From NCBI RefSeq assembly GCF_040938485.1, contig NW_027271922.1, positions 186,001 to 250,000 of the forward strand: a DNA stretch of 64,000 bases. Reading direction: 5' to 3'. Positions 34,066 through 45,544 of the stretch are shown here, piece after piece. This DNA comes from Diadema antillarum (Eukaryota). The stretch's first letter is position 1. Each line of letters opens with the position of its first letter. The position numbers and the translations under genes are program-made. The notes beneath the pieces are model-generated. The model ran no database searches. It saw only the letters and a list, made by a program, of their open reading frames with translations, and was not told the origin of the DNA.

Positions 34066-35600
34066 TTACTTTCGGAATAAAAGACAACGGCTGGATAGCC
34101 AATATTCAACGATGCCAACGTCACATTCCTGGTCTTCCATTGGGTGACCCCAAAATTACAAATACCTCAATATGAAATATGAGATACATGAATTGAAAAT
34201 ATGAAAAAAAACCTGAAATACTTACATTTTGAAAAAGTCGCATATTACAATTGATACAAAAAAACACAAAAGAAACGGATACAAGTGAAAGAATAGGGAT
34301 AATTCAACAACACTAATTAAAACCATACAGTTCTTTATTATTGACAAATAAAGATTGAAATAACAGGTTAACAACCAATTTTTAAATGCATCAACACTGG
34401 GTTAATCTTTATATCCAAATGAAGGTCATTATATTCCTTGGCATATCTGTATTTAAGGGATCTCTTCAAATATTCAGTTCTTCATTTAGGTAGTCTTAAT
34501 CTATGTCCAAAACGGGAAGAATAAGGATGCATGAGTTACAGCTTTAAATTCATTTCTCAAATAACAAGGGTGTCAGATATGAATATGATTGAACGACGCA
34601 ACAGAAACTATCTAGTTCACTAAGAATATGACGTGCTACACATGTCGTCAAACGTATACTATTGCTTTACGACATACAGTTTAATTGAGAAAATGTTCAA
34701 TTGCCTCATTATCGGCCGGCGTGCTTACGGTCTCCGTTTTACATGTTTTAGTAGAGAATTTTTCTGCTCTGCAGATATTATCATCTCATCACCATTGACA
34801 TGATTGACTTGTCACCACTGACTTTCACTGCCTATCTTATAAAGTTACATTTACTGTTTAAATTCGTTAAACCTGTACAAAGTGAGAGAGAAAGCTAAAA
34901 AAAAAAACTTTCATTAAGAAACAAGATTCTTCTCAGTCGCCTTGCCAGTTTATAAATCATTTAGGAATCAAGTAGATAAGTTGCCATTACAGAGAAACTT
35001 CCTCAACAAAATAAATGAAACAAAACAAAACAGATAACGTTTGCATAGCAAAAGACACCAATAAAAGATTTTTTTTTTTTGTCTACGAAACACGAATAAT
35101 GACTAGCTGGAATAGTAATTAAAAGATCACGCACCGGAGCATAGGAATACAATTTTGGAGACTTCATGGGTAAAGTGTCCGTATATGGCTTACGATGTTT
35201 GCAATCTTATTGGTTGATCATGTCGCTGACGGGAATTCTTCCATGTGCGTATATCATGTGTGCCGAACCTAACTTACGAAGATTTGATTATGAAATTGAG
35301 AAATCTCAACATGTGTATACCTAACTCCAGACTCATTGTCAATTAACTCACCTTTAGTAACAATTTCATCACTCAGAAAAACTTACCTTCCTGCACTGAA
35401 CAAACAGATTTGATGTGGAGCACAACATTTATTCATGATTTGCCTCATAACTAAATTCCGCATCCTAGAAACAGGAAACCTAAACTTGATGATATGCTTT
35501 CAACAATTGTCTTGGATCTGCTCAGTATTTTTTCGATAGCAAACTAACTATCTATCTTTCTAACTAGTAATAGTAAGCTAAACATATCTGCACAGTGCCT

Positions 35601-36947
35601 CTACGTCATGAAAAAGAAAAAGTCTCTTTCCCATTCCTCCAGTTTGCCTTTCTCTATTGCTTCTTTCTCAAGCTTCATCTCGTGCTTTTTGGCGGCAACA
35701 AAGAACTTCATGAACTCTTCTCCCAGTGCAGACGTGATCACTTCATCAGCTAACAGAGCTTCCACAGCCTCCTCCATGTTGTCTGGCAGTGCTGGTGTCA
35801 GTGGTGGAACGTATTCGTCATCATAAGCACTGCTCGCCCCGTCTATTCCTTTGGGTAAGGGTAGCTTATTGACGATTCCGTCCAGTCCTGCTGCAATTGT
35901 GGCCGCCATACTTATATAGGGATTGCATCCAGACGCACCAAGTCGATTTTCGATGTATGTGCCTTTGTCTCCCTGGATCTTGACTCGGATGGCGCAGGTG
36001 CGGTTGTCTGGACCCCAGGTAGCGTTATAGGGGGCAAAGGAATGACGCTTGAATCTTTTCAAGCAGTTTACCGTAGGTGCCATCAAAACTGATATAGCCC
36101 TGGCGTGAGCTAGGAGTCCTGCCACCCAGTACTCTCCAATTTCTGACAGGCCAGTTGAACTCGAAGCATCATATAGTTTGGGAATGACTCCCGTTTCATC
36201 CCATAGGGAATGACAAAAATGAGCTGAGCTGCCTGTCTTGTCAGGCCATGGTTTGGACATGAAGGATGCAATGTAATTATGTTTCAAAGCAATTTCTTTG
36301 ATTCCTGATTTGAAAGTATGAGCTGTATCGGCAGCTTTTAAACCAAACTCAGGTCTGTAGGTGATCTCTACATGACCCCGGTTTGCCTCACTGGTGACGC
36401 ATTCGACATCAACCCCTGCTTTGGGTAAGTCGACCACAGCCTGCTGGATAAAGTCTTCATAGGCAGAGAGGCGAAGCGTGGAGTAGGCGTACATTTGATT
36501 GTCTACGGGCTCCTTGGTGTCTCTCTTCACGAGGTAGAATTCGTGTTCATGGGCCGACCAAAGGGACAGACCAAAGTCAGACAAGCGGTCAAGCTGACGT
36601 CTTGCCACATCTCGTGGGTACGCTGGAATTTTCTTTCCGTCCTTCTCACTGTCCACCAAGACTCTGGCAGTCTTAGTCAACCAGGGGAGAATCGTAAATG
36701 TGTTCAAGTCAGGAGCTACATGACAGTCCGCTATTTGGATTTCCATTCCGTACCCAGTGTTTTCAAATATATCGCCGCTCGGATCGAATGCTAGGAAGCA
36801 CTTGGCAAAATTGAGACCGTTGCGAGCGACTCCCTTGAAATGCCTCGCGGGCATTGCCCGGCATACGGGTATGCCGTACTGAGTTGCTTGCTCGAATCGA
36901 ACGATAGTGACGCCATTCTTATCAAGTTGAGATATGATGTCATCCAT
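35601..36947 (-). CDS. LGSN: Lengsin-like class I glutamine synthetase family protein, copy 4 (448 aa)
   Basis: Uninterrupted ORF with AHEHEF, SEANRGHVE, TGSSAHFCHSLW, SFAP, NRTCAIR, IENR. Confidence 0.93.
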   Translation of the reverse strand: MDDIISQLDKNGVTIVRFEQATQYGIPVCRAMPARHFKGVARNGLNFAKCFLAFDPSGDIFENTGYGMEIQIADCHVAPDLNTFTILPWLTKTARVLVDSEKDGKKIPAYPRDVARRQLDRLSDFGLSLWSAHEHEFYLVKRDTKEPVDNQMYAYSTLRLSAYEDFIQQAVVDLPKAGVDVECVTSEANRGHVEITYRPEFGLKAADTAHTFKSGIKEIALKHNYIASFMSKPWPDKTGSSAHFCHSLWDETGVIPKLYDASSSTGLSEIGEYWVAGLLAHARAISVLMAPTVNCLKRFKRHSFAPYNATWGPDNRTCAIRVKIQGDKGTYIENRLGASGCNPYISMAATIAAGLDGIVNKLPLPKGIDGASSAYDDEYVPPLTPALPDNMEEAVEALLADEVITSALGEEFMKFFVAAKKHEMKLEKEAIEKGKLEEWERDFFFFMT

Positions 36948-38586
36948 TGCAAGTGAGTGTGGAACCTGAGGTGGAAATATGAAGACATAATGGCTAATAT
37001 AGATTTTCTTTTAATCTTCAATCATGTCAATAAGACAGTCGTACGATCTGACCATCTCGTAAGAATTTTTCAACGCTTGTGTAAATGCATGTGGATTGTT
37101 TTGGGTTTTATTGCATTTTGTGAACGTTGTATTTGTTATTGTAAATAACGTGACTTTTAATTCCAGCAATATCTCACTGGAATCAACGTGTGCTCTCACT
37201 CCAACTCCAGAAACAGTTGCAGTTTTTTCATTGCGAAGTACACCCAAATGTCTCGACCACAATGCAGACTGCAACAATTACATGAATAACTGAAAGCACA
37301 CGTTTAAGTCACATGATGTTCCAAAAGAACCGAATGTATATAAGCAGTAATAGAAATTACATTAGGGTAATTTTAAAGTTCAATATCTTCACAACATGGT
37401 GACTTTAGTTGAAGATTCTGAGACGCATATTCTGGTGCTTCACAAAAAAAAAAAAGTAGAAGTGCACGAGAAAGTTTACAAGTTAGTAATGTTTAGTATG
37501 TGCTATTCAGTATTCGTAGTATTGTCAGATCCTCCAGAATTTTGTGCAAGCTCCTCTCCCTCGTCTTGTAGAGTATTGTTAAGAGAAAAAGCATACATGA
37601 TGTTATATTCAACTTATGTTACCTTCTGATTCGTCGACTGAACAACGTCTCCGAAAATGAATAGATTTTTCCTGTGCCAATGGAGAACTGATCCGACACA
37701 GTCCAAAGGAGTACCTCATTCGTTCGTACTGAAAAAACTATCTGCTGCATTGGATTAACCTAACATTCGCCAAGTACAGTGTGTTGCCTTTAGGCATGGA
37801 CAGCCCCCTCAACGGTCAATAAACATTGTGTGTTGATAAAGGGTTCACAATCTAACGCAAATAACTGAAACGAGCTTGAGTGGTATATTTTACTTTACAT
37901 GAGACTCTGCTACATTTAGTGCATCGTTGCGCCTTTCCACAGTCGCGCGCGCGTGCACACACACACGCACACACACACACACACACAATTGAAAAATTAA
38001 AACTGAAATAACGTTCTGCGGCCAAAGAAAATTGTTTTTGGAAAGGATTTTGACCTTTCGGTGGAGCTGAAATTATACAAGTGTAATAAGTTGATGGCAT
38101 TATGGCAACTTCCAGAATTGTACGTGCAGAAAGGGTATTTTACGATGGCAGTTGCCCATGAAGAAACGGCGAATATTCATGCACTTGACCTTTGAAACTG
38201 CTATCACAAAGCATGCGTTGCTATCTCTCAACGATTTCCTCGGCTCCTAAATTAAACAATACAAGGCAATACAATGTAATCTCTAACGACACTGTTCATG
38301 TTCCAACGATCATGCGTTATTAACAAGGGAGGAAACAACATATGAGATATTGTCATCCATAAGCGGAGCTTGATTTGGATGGAGTCCCATTATTACATTT
38401 GCATTACTACGTGTATATACGTTTACATACATATATATTTACATACTTTACAGGGCATGTATTTCTAAGGCAACACGACACATTGTGGGAATAAAATTCC
38501 TTTCTTTAAATACGTGTGTGCAAATGTAGGCTTCGGGCTGTGTGCTCTGACAGAATAAAATCAATGTATCATCGATTTCATATCAG

Positions 38587-38589
38587 TGC

Positions 38590-38632
<43 letters not shown>

Positions 38633-38649
38633 GGTGTGTGTGTGTGTGT
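38587..38649. repeat. (GT)n microsatellite
   Basis: direct reading. Confidence 0.9.
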
Positions 38650-41219
38650 TGTATCATCCCTAAATGCAATAACATACATGTATTTACATCTTACATTTCC
38701 CGTCTATAGTCAAGAAGACCGTTGGGGGCGCCACAGAAGACTTCGCAGCCAGTTTCCTCCACCCCTCCCTCTCCTCTTCTTTTCTTTGTGCCTCTCTCAA
38801 CTTTAGGCCAGTCAAGTCTTCCAGTCTTCCCCTCTTTCCTCTCACCGTGCCTTGTAAGATTGATGTGGCCAGACCTGATGATCTCTCTGCGCCCATACCA
38901 TTTGCATTAGCGATACATGTAATATCAACCCTAAATGTAATACATTTTAACACTATGCGTAATATCGACCCTAAATGTAATAATCATGTCAACCTTTAAT
39001 GTATATCAACTTTATCAACATTAACTTTATCAATATCAACTTTAATGTAATATCATCGTAAATTCTGAATGTTGATGTTTGTGGGGTAAAATTTGCGCTT
39101 GTGTGGGTGTGATTTTATGCATTTATGCAAAGAGTTACCATTTTTATAAACATTGATAAGGAGAAGAAATACGAGGGTGTGTCAAATCTGATAACATTTC
39201 TTTTAAAATCTTATCTAAGTCGACATTTTCACATTTCCCGTTTCAAATAAGTGCCTTATCAAAGTTGTATACGTGACCAGCTGTCATGAATATCGACCAC
39301 CGTGACCATGATGTACATTTTGCTCAAGTCAGAGGTTACCGTCAACGTAGGTTACCTTATCCTTTACCTTTCCTCGAGTGGAACAGTTCCAAACGACGAT
39401 AAAGGTGGGATGAAGGGCGACGCAACATATATCAGGGTAAAGGGTGAGGGGTGGGCAGCTATCCCTCCCATATTTTTCAACATGCAGTCTGAGTAACGAT
39501 ACGCGTTGCATTTCCTCTTTTGTTGTTCCTTGACTGTGATTTTCTTTTACTCGTTATGATGCAGTTTTTCCCCCAGACGGGGCACTGCATATTGTGTAGA
39601 CATAGAGATAGAAACTCCAACGAGGGGGCACATTTTATGCATAAATATATCAATTAACTGTCCTTTCACTTCCGCCCAAGTTTTGTGCCCATACCGAGAA
39701 ATAGGGCCTATACCACTTTGACTTATTTATGTCCATCTTTCTGTCTTTGTAGTTACTTTCTTTTCTTTTCTTTTCTCTTTTCAACCCTGACATTCGGGAG
39801 GAATTAGTGTGGGAAATCATTTAGCGCAGGGATCAGGGACGGATCTAGGTATTAAAGAAGGCTTTTTTTCCTTCTTTTTTTTTTTTTTTTTTGCTAACGT
39901 TGGGGGGTTGACACAATGACAATTCTCTCGCAAATTTGGGTGACAAGCAAGAATAATAATTAAAAAATTATGCCAACTCTTGCAACGTTGAGTTGAACCT
40001 GCCTGAGACAGAGTGCTATTGAACGCACTGCAGCGTGGGTATATGGACACATGATGGCATTTGTGCACAGCACATTTTCACTTGGCAGTCCAAGGCGAGG
40101 GGGGGGGGGGGGAGAGGGGGTATCCCCCTTTTTTTTCTAATTATTCTGAATAGCGTTTCATGAAACATGTCAGTCACTGACAAGTGTTTTACTCTATTTG
40201 GATTATTGCATCTGATCGGATGAGATTGAATTATTTTGTCAGTGGGAATCACTGACAAAGAAAAATGATGTAAATTGGACATGAAACAAAATTAGGGACA
40301 TTTAGAGTTCCACATCCCCCCCCCCCCCCATGTGACAATGATAACAGTCACGGCTACATTTGCAAATTAAAGGATGTGATGGTGTAATAGCCTACAGATT
40401 TTCCACTGACCTTCTCACAAAGTTTTATCAGAGTGCATTACTACCTTTTATGAAATAAGATATACTATATAGGAGAAGTTGTAACCATCATATTGTAATA
40501 GATAACCATCAGTTCCTGGGGTAAAGCGCATTTCCCTTTTTGTGCGATAGCTACTCTGACGTATATTTTGAAAAAGCTATAAGAATGTATAACTAGAGAC
40601 AATTTCAGGAAGTGCATTCCTCCCTCATGGGCCAAAGGGTCAATGCGCAGTATAGATTATGATAAGTATTTTCCTTGATAATCAATTTTCTAATTTCTTC
40701 CCTATACTCAGTCTTAATGACCGAACGGTGGGTTTCGCAAATATTACGATTTCTTTTAGCCTAATAAAATACCTGACTATTATTGAAGAATCAGATAAAT
40801 GTTGACTTTTTATCTGATTATTATTATATTATATAGGCCTATTTATCATTTAAAGAGAAGTGAACTTGGAACTTTGGCACATTTCATCAAGATATCTTGC
40901 TAGTTTGAAGGGCGTCAAAGTCGCCCTCGTAACGCGTTGTTTGACGAGATAAAAGAATACAGGGACGGAAACCTCCTAAAAAGACAAATATAAAATAATG
41001 ACATGAAAGTAGTACACTGCGATATTTTCTCTCACGAACACCAGTCCCCACAGTGGATCTGTCGGTAAATTTACACCAGATCATTGCTTTTTATGACCCA
41101 AATCTATTCGTCCGCTATAGATCAGCCGACACGTATGACATGAATACGTCTTTAGCCAGGTGTTTTCCTACGAAGAATATCAGTCTACTACTCGGAACGG
41201 GATTGAGGTGGCAGAAAAA

Positions 41220-41258
41220 ATGTCCGGTTTCGAACATCTTGGCACCATCAGTGAAAAG
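41220..41258 (+). CDS. Candidate first coding exon of the ACSF2-like gene (MSGFEHLGTISEK)
   Basis: AAAAATG start and AAG|GTAGGG phase-0 donor that would join the 45317 acceptor in frame. No recognisable homology, so tentative. Confidence 0.25.
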
Positions 41259-42789
41259 GTAGGGCGGCGAGGTACTGGATTTATTCGTCTATGCGGTGCT
41301 TCAAGCCTCTGTAAAGGACGATACAGTTATGACCAGAATAAACCTGTGCCGTTTGTCTGCCATAATCATTTGATACCATTCTATCTGTGGCTGTTGTTGC
41401 AGCTGCTATTAATTCTCTATATTATGGCCTCTACTGGTTTCCTTATACACAAAACTCGGTCACATGTTCCCCCTTTCCATTTTAATGCCAAAGGAAAGGC
41501 ATAATCATTCAATTCTGTCTAAACACAAGAGGTGTAATTTTCATAATATGACCTTTGATTTCATGAGACATTTGATTTTCTCGCAGTCCCTGGTAACAAA
41601 AATCGAAGATTAGTTTCTAGGTAAAAAAAAAAAAGGGCAATAAAAATGATAATGAAGTGTCTAGGTACATTATGGTTCAAGAATTTTGAATCAAATAGGT
41701 ACACTGATGTACACATGCCGTTTGATTTGAAACGTAGAAAATACGGAACTATTCGATCATTGCAAAAAAAAAAAATTTTCAAGATTTGAGATCACGATTC
41801 AGCATCCAAGGAATAAGCATTTTATTCTGTAATCAGACATGGTCCATTTCTATCATTGAGCAATAATCTAAACGTCTGTTTTCAAATATTCCTGTGTTAG
41901 GATAAAACATTTTCAAAATCTCAGAGAAAGAAAGTAAAAAAACAGAGTTATATTATCTGTCTAACTATCGATAACCTTTGAGCCCTGAATTTGTTCTCTG
42001 CGATCACACCTGCTAATGGTCGCTCATCACCGTTGACATCATCTGTATTATCGTAACTGCATTGTATTCAATCAACAGAAGATGTATGTTTGTCAAACAT
42101 TGTAAAAACAAAAATACAAAATAGAAATTGCACCACAGGAAAATTATGATGCATAAGATGGCACGAAACCAATGTTTTCAAGGACAAGACATCGCCTTTC
42201 AGACACAGTTTTCAAATTTGGGACCAAACTCAGAGAGAAATTCGATCCTCTTTCGCTACCCAAATGTGTATAACTGATCTCTTCCATTCACCATAATCCC
42301 TTCATCGACAAGCTATTCATTTCAATCCTATTCAATTCAATTTAATTCAATTCAACTCAATTCATTATCATTAATTTCCATCCAACACAAGTGAAACAAA
42401 ATACAAAAAAAGAAGGAAATTACACAAATCACAATACATGTAAATATTTAATGTTGTGTGGATTGTAAACTTTATAATCAAATATTGTACACTGATGTAT
42501 AATGAAGTAGAATAATCAAGAACAGCAATGCATGGAATGAAAGTATGGGATAAAATACATGTAGTCCACTGAAAAGCAGGGCTTGTAAAACTTCGCTCAC
42601 TCAAAACGAAATACGTAACTAGCAATGAATAAAGATTATCCAAAATTCATGTATACAACAGGTAACAAGGAAAGGATTATCATAAATAGCAAACTATTTT
42701 AGACTACAAAAAAATACAAAATAAAGATTAAGCTAATTATGTTAATACCTGCAGGCACTATTCGCTGAACAATGTGTACAAAATATATA

Positions 42790-43673
42790 CTCTCAACCAA
42801 AAAAGTAAGTCCCCCCCCCCCCCCCAGCATTTTTGGATATATCTCAAAAAGTATTTCACCGATTTTCATAATTCACACGGAAAATGGATAGGGAATTTTA
42901 TTACTCATAACATGAATGGCATATCAGTGCCACCAGATCTTTCTTTTCATGAGCATACAGTGAAGTGTTTAATAATTGATGTGACCACCCGGCATCTCTT
43001 CCTCATACTGTTAACTAAAGTTTGTACTTGGCGCTGCTCAATGTTGGCCCATGCTCTCTGCAAGATGCGCTGAAATTGTTGCAGTGGAGTGCCATCTTTC
43101 ACCTTCTTGCTCGCTTTCCGCTTAGTGATATCCCAAAGATTCTCTACTGGATTGCGGTCAGGGGATCTTGCAGGCCACTCCATACGTTAAATGCCATTTC
43201 CCTCAACAAACTGATCTACAACTTGAACGCATGATGTAAAATGGCCATAAGCTTATTAATGTGATCAACCTAAATTGGAATTTAAAAGCACATGGCTTCT
43301 ACCCACATTTTTCATATTGAAAAGGCCTCTTGTTTAAAAAGTATGCATAACATCTCTTTAATAGGAAGCACATTGTACCTGAGGAAATTCCTGAGAATTA
43401 CATAACAATTTAAAAAGACCATTTGCTAATTTGCATAGGAAATGTACACAGTATACTTCATATAACCTGAAGTGCAACTTTTTTCCCTTGTATTTTGACA
43501 TAAAATGCATTTTTTTTTTTACACCAATAATGAGATATGTTGGCAATGATATGCCATTCATGTTATGAGTAATAAAATTCCCTATCCATTCCCGTTTGAA
43601 TTATGAAAATTGGTAAAATACTTTTTGAGATATATCCAAAAAATGTTAGGGGAAAACTTTTTTTGGTTGATTG
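42790..43673 (-). mobile_element. Internally deleted Tc1/mariner element with a C-terminal transposase fragment
   Basis: ~130-bp TIRs (42790-42925 / 43548-43673) flanked by TA. Minus-strand DQFVEGNGI*RMEWPARSPDRNPVENLWD (ORF 43183-42947) matches the Tc1 WPAxSPDLNPIENLW motif. Confidence 0.88.
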
Positions 43674-45316
43674 TAAATATAACAGTGGGTAAAACACACA
43701 ATAGTACATAATACACACACACTCACTTGCCCGCATTGAAACCGTCAGCCATTTGCTGCTTGGGAAAGTGTTCTTTGGATTCCAGTCAAATGCACTTTGA
43801 TCTTCATCTGCATAATCAATAATGGCCATATTCAATATAATTTGATTTGATTTGATTTGTTTTCTTCATTTTTCGCAATGTTGATATATCGTAACAAACA
43901 ATTTTCCTAGTGTGATCAGACATTAGACGCTGGACAAAAAGTAAATATGTGTATAATCATTAATATATACCAATCATAAAATATAGTTTGTGTAAATTGA
44001 TGTCATAAACGAACAAATGGGACAATTTGGTCATTCATTCAAATCATAAGGAAACAATATTCAGGAAACTGGCATATGACTTTGATATTACCCTAAGATA
44101 AAATGGCCATGGCTTATCTTTTACAAATAATCTGCTATGCTTGGTATGATAAAGGGGCCCTACACAAACAAAAACACTTAGGAAAATGCCGTTGTGTTTT
44201 GCGCATGAATACAATATGATAGGAAGTGATATCTTTACCATGACCCTAAATCTATCAAATGTGACCTACACGTTGAACAGTCCAACTCTTTAATACATGT
44301 ACATTAAACTAAAAGTTTACGTGACCATTTATATTATGACGGACCTTTATATAGCTGACAATGCTCTGATTCTAAATCACTTACCCAGCAAGCGCATGCA
44401 GCTACTATAAATTCATTCTTATATATCTTACTGATATTGCTAGCTGCCACATTTTGACTACAATGTTTGCAAGATCTACTTGGTCATCAATGCTACAAAA
44501 CCGGGAAACTTGAATTAAAATATTGTGGAAGCTAACCACTGGAATCGATACCATTGCGAATAGCTTCCAATTGGCCACACCATTATGCTAAGTCATTGGC
44601 ACTTGCTTTTGAGAGGCTCACTTACAATCACCTTCATATTCAATGGTTTGTCACACCCTCGACCGAAAGCTTATTTGCGCTGAATTTTTGTTCAAATATG
44701 ACCCTCACTTTTTAATGAGGATATAGCGAATGATATATGAGAACAAGTCGTCACAATTACGTTGCCTTTAAGAAGGCGGCATAATCAAAAGAAACAGGTC
44801 AAGAACCCATCTCTCTTTCAGTGGTACAACTGTAAATTTGTTTTCATTAGTATCAATTATTTGTCCCATGTCCAATTATTTTTGCTAACACAACCTTTTT
44901 CTCTTTTTAAATTGTCAGTTTTCCTGCTCCTCCATCTCCTCCTCCACTTCTGTTTACTTCTCTTATATACTTTTTTCTAAGTATCACCTGTAAGATAACC
45001 TCCAAACTTAGTAAGCCTTCAAACGTGGCAGCGAAGCTGCGATGTATTGTCGTTGATATAAAAATGAATAAACAATTAACATTATGGACATTATCACCAT
45101 CCTGACCATGTCGTTTTGAAAGATTTCGACTCAAGGTGCTATTATATTCCACGAAATCAAATAAAACAAGATGGTTTGTCTTCAAATCATTAAAGTTTTG
45201 ACGTTCAAAAACACGTTTGCCCTACATCTTGTGGAACTGTTAAAGAGTTGTTTACCAGTACACAAATCCTTCTATTGCGATACTTTTTTTTTATCATCCT
45301 TAAATTATGGCTCTAG

Positions 45317-45544
45317 TCGTTCGAGACTTATCGTTTTATTCATCATCACCTATTTGCATATCTTGCTGGAGAAGAAACTTGTGCTAGTCTCAGCTACTAC
45401 AAAGCTGCAGAAGACAGCAGCTTTTTAAGGAAAACTATTCCCGATGTCTTGGACGAAAACCGTGCAAAAATCGCCCCGACAGTGACTTCGTCGTCTTTTT
45501 CCTCTGATCATGTACGAAGGACTTTCAGACAATTCAAAGATGAG
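45317..45544 (+). CDS. ACSF2: ACSF2-like exon ([23 protein letters not shown]...RTFRQFKDE); 5' boundary uncertain
   Basis: Homologous to LSYVQG...KTVGQCLE...LTFAQLKEE; donor GAG|GTAAAC; three extra homopolymer bases inside (see findings). Confidence 0.7.

Noticed and set aside
100-36947. Bacterial contamination or very recent horizontal transfer as the source of the intronless GSI genes
   Set aside because: They are embedded in microsatellite- and MITE-rich eukaryotic DNA, have splice acceptors upstream, and carry lengsin-specific motifs. An ancient origin cannot be judged without a phylogeny.
41160-41504. 114-aa ORF as a stand-alone gene
   Set aside because: No recognisable domain, and it runs past a strong donor at 41258; at most a short first exon.
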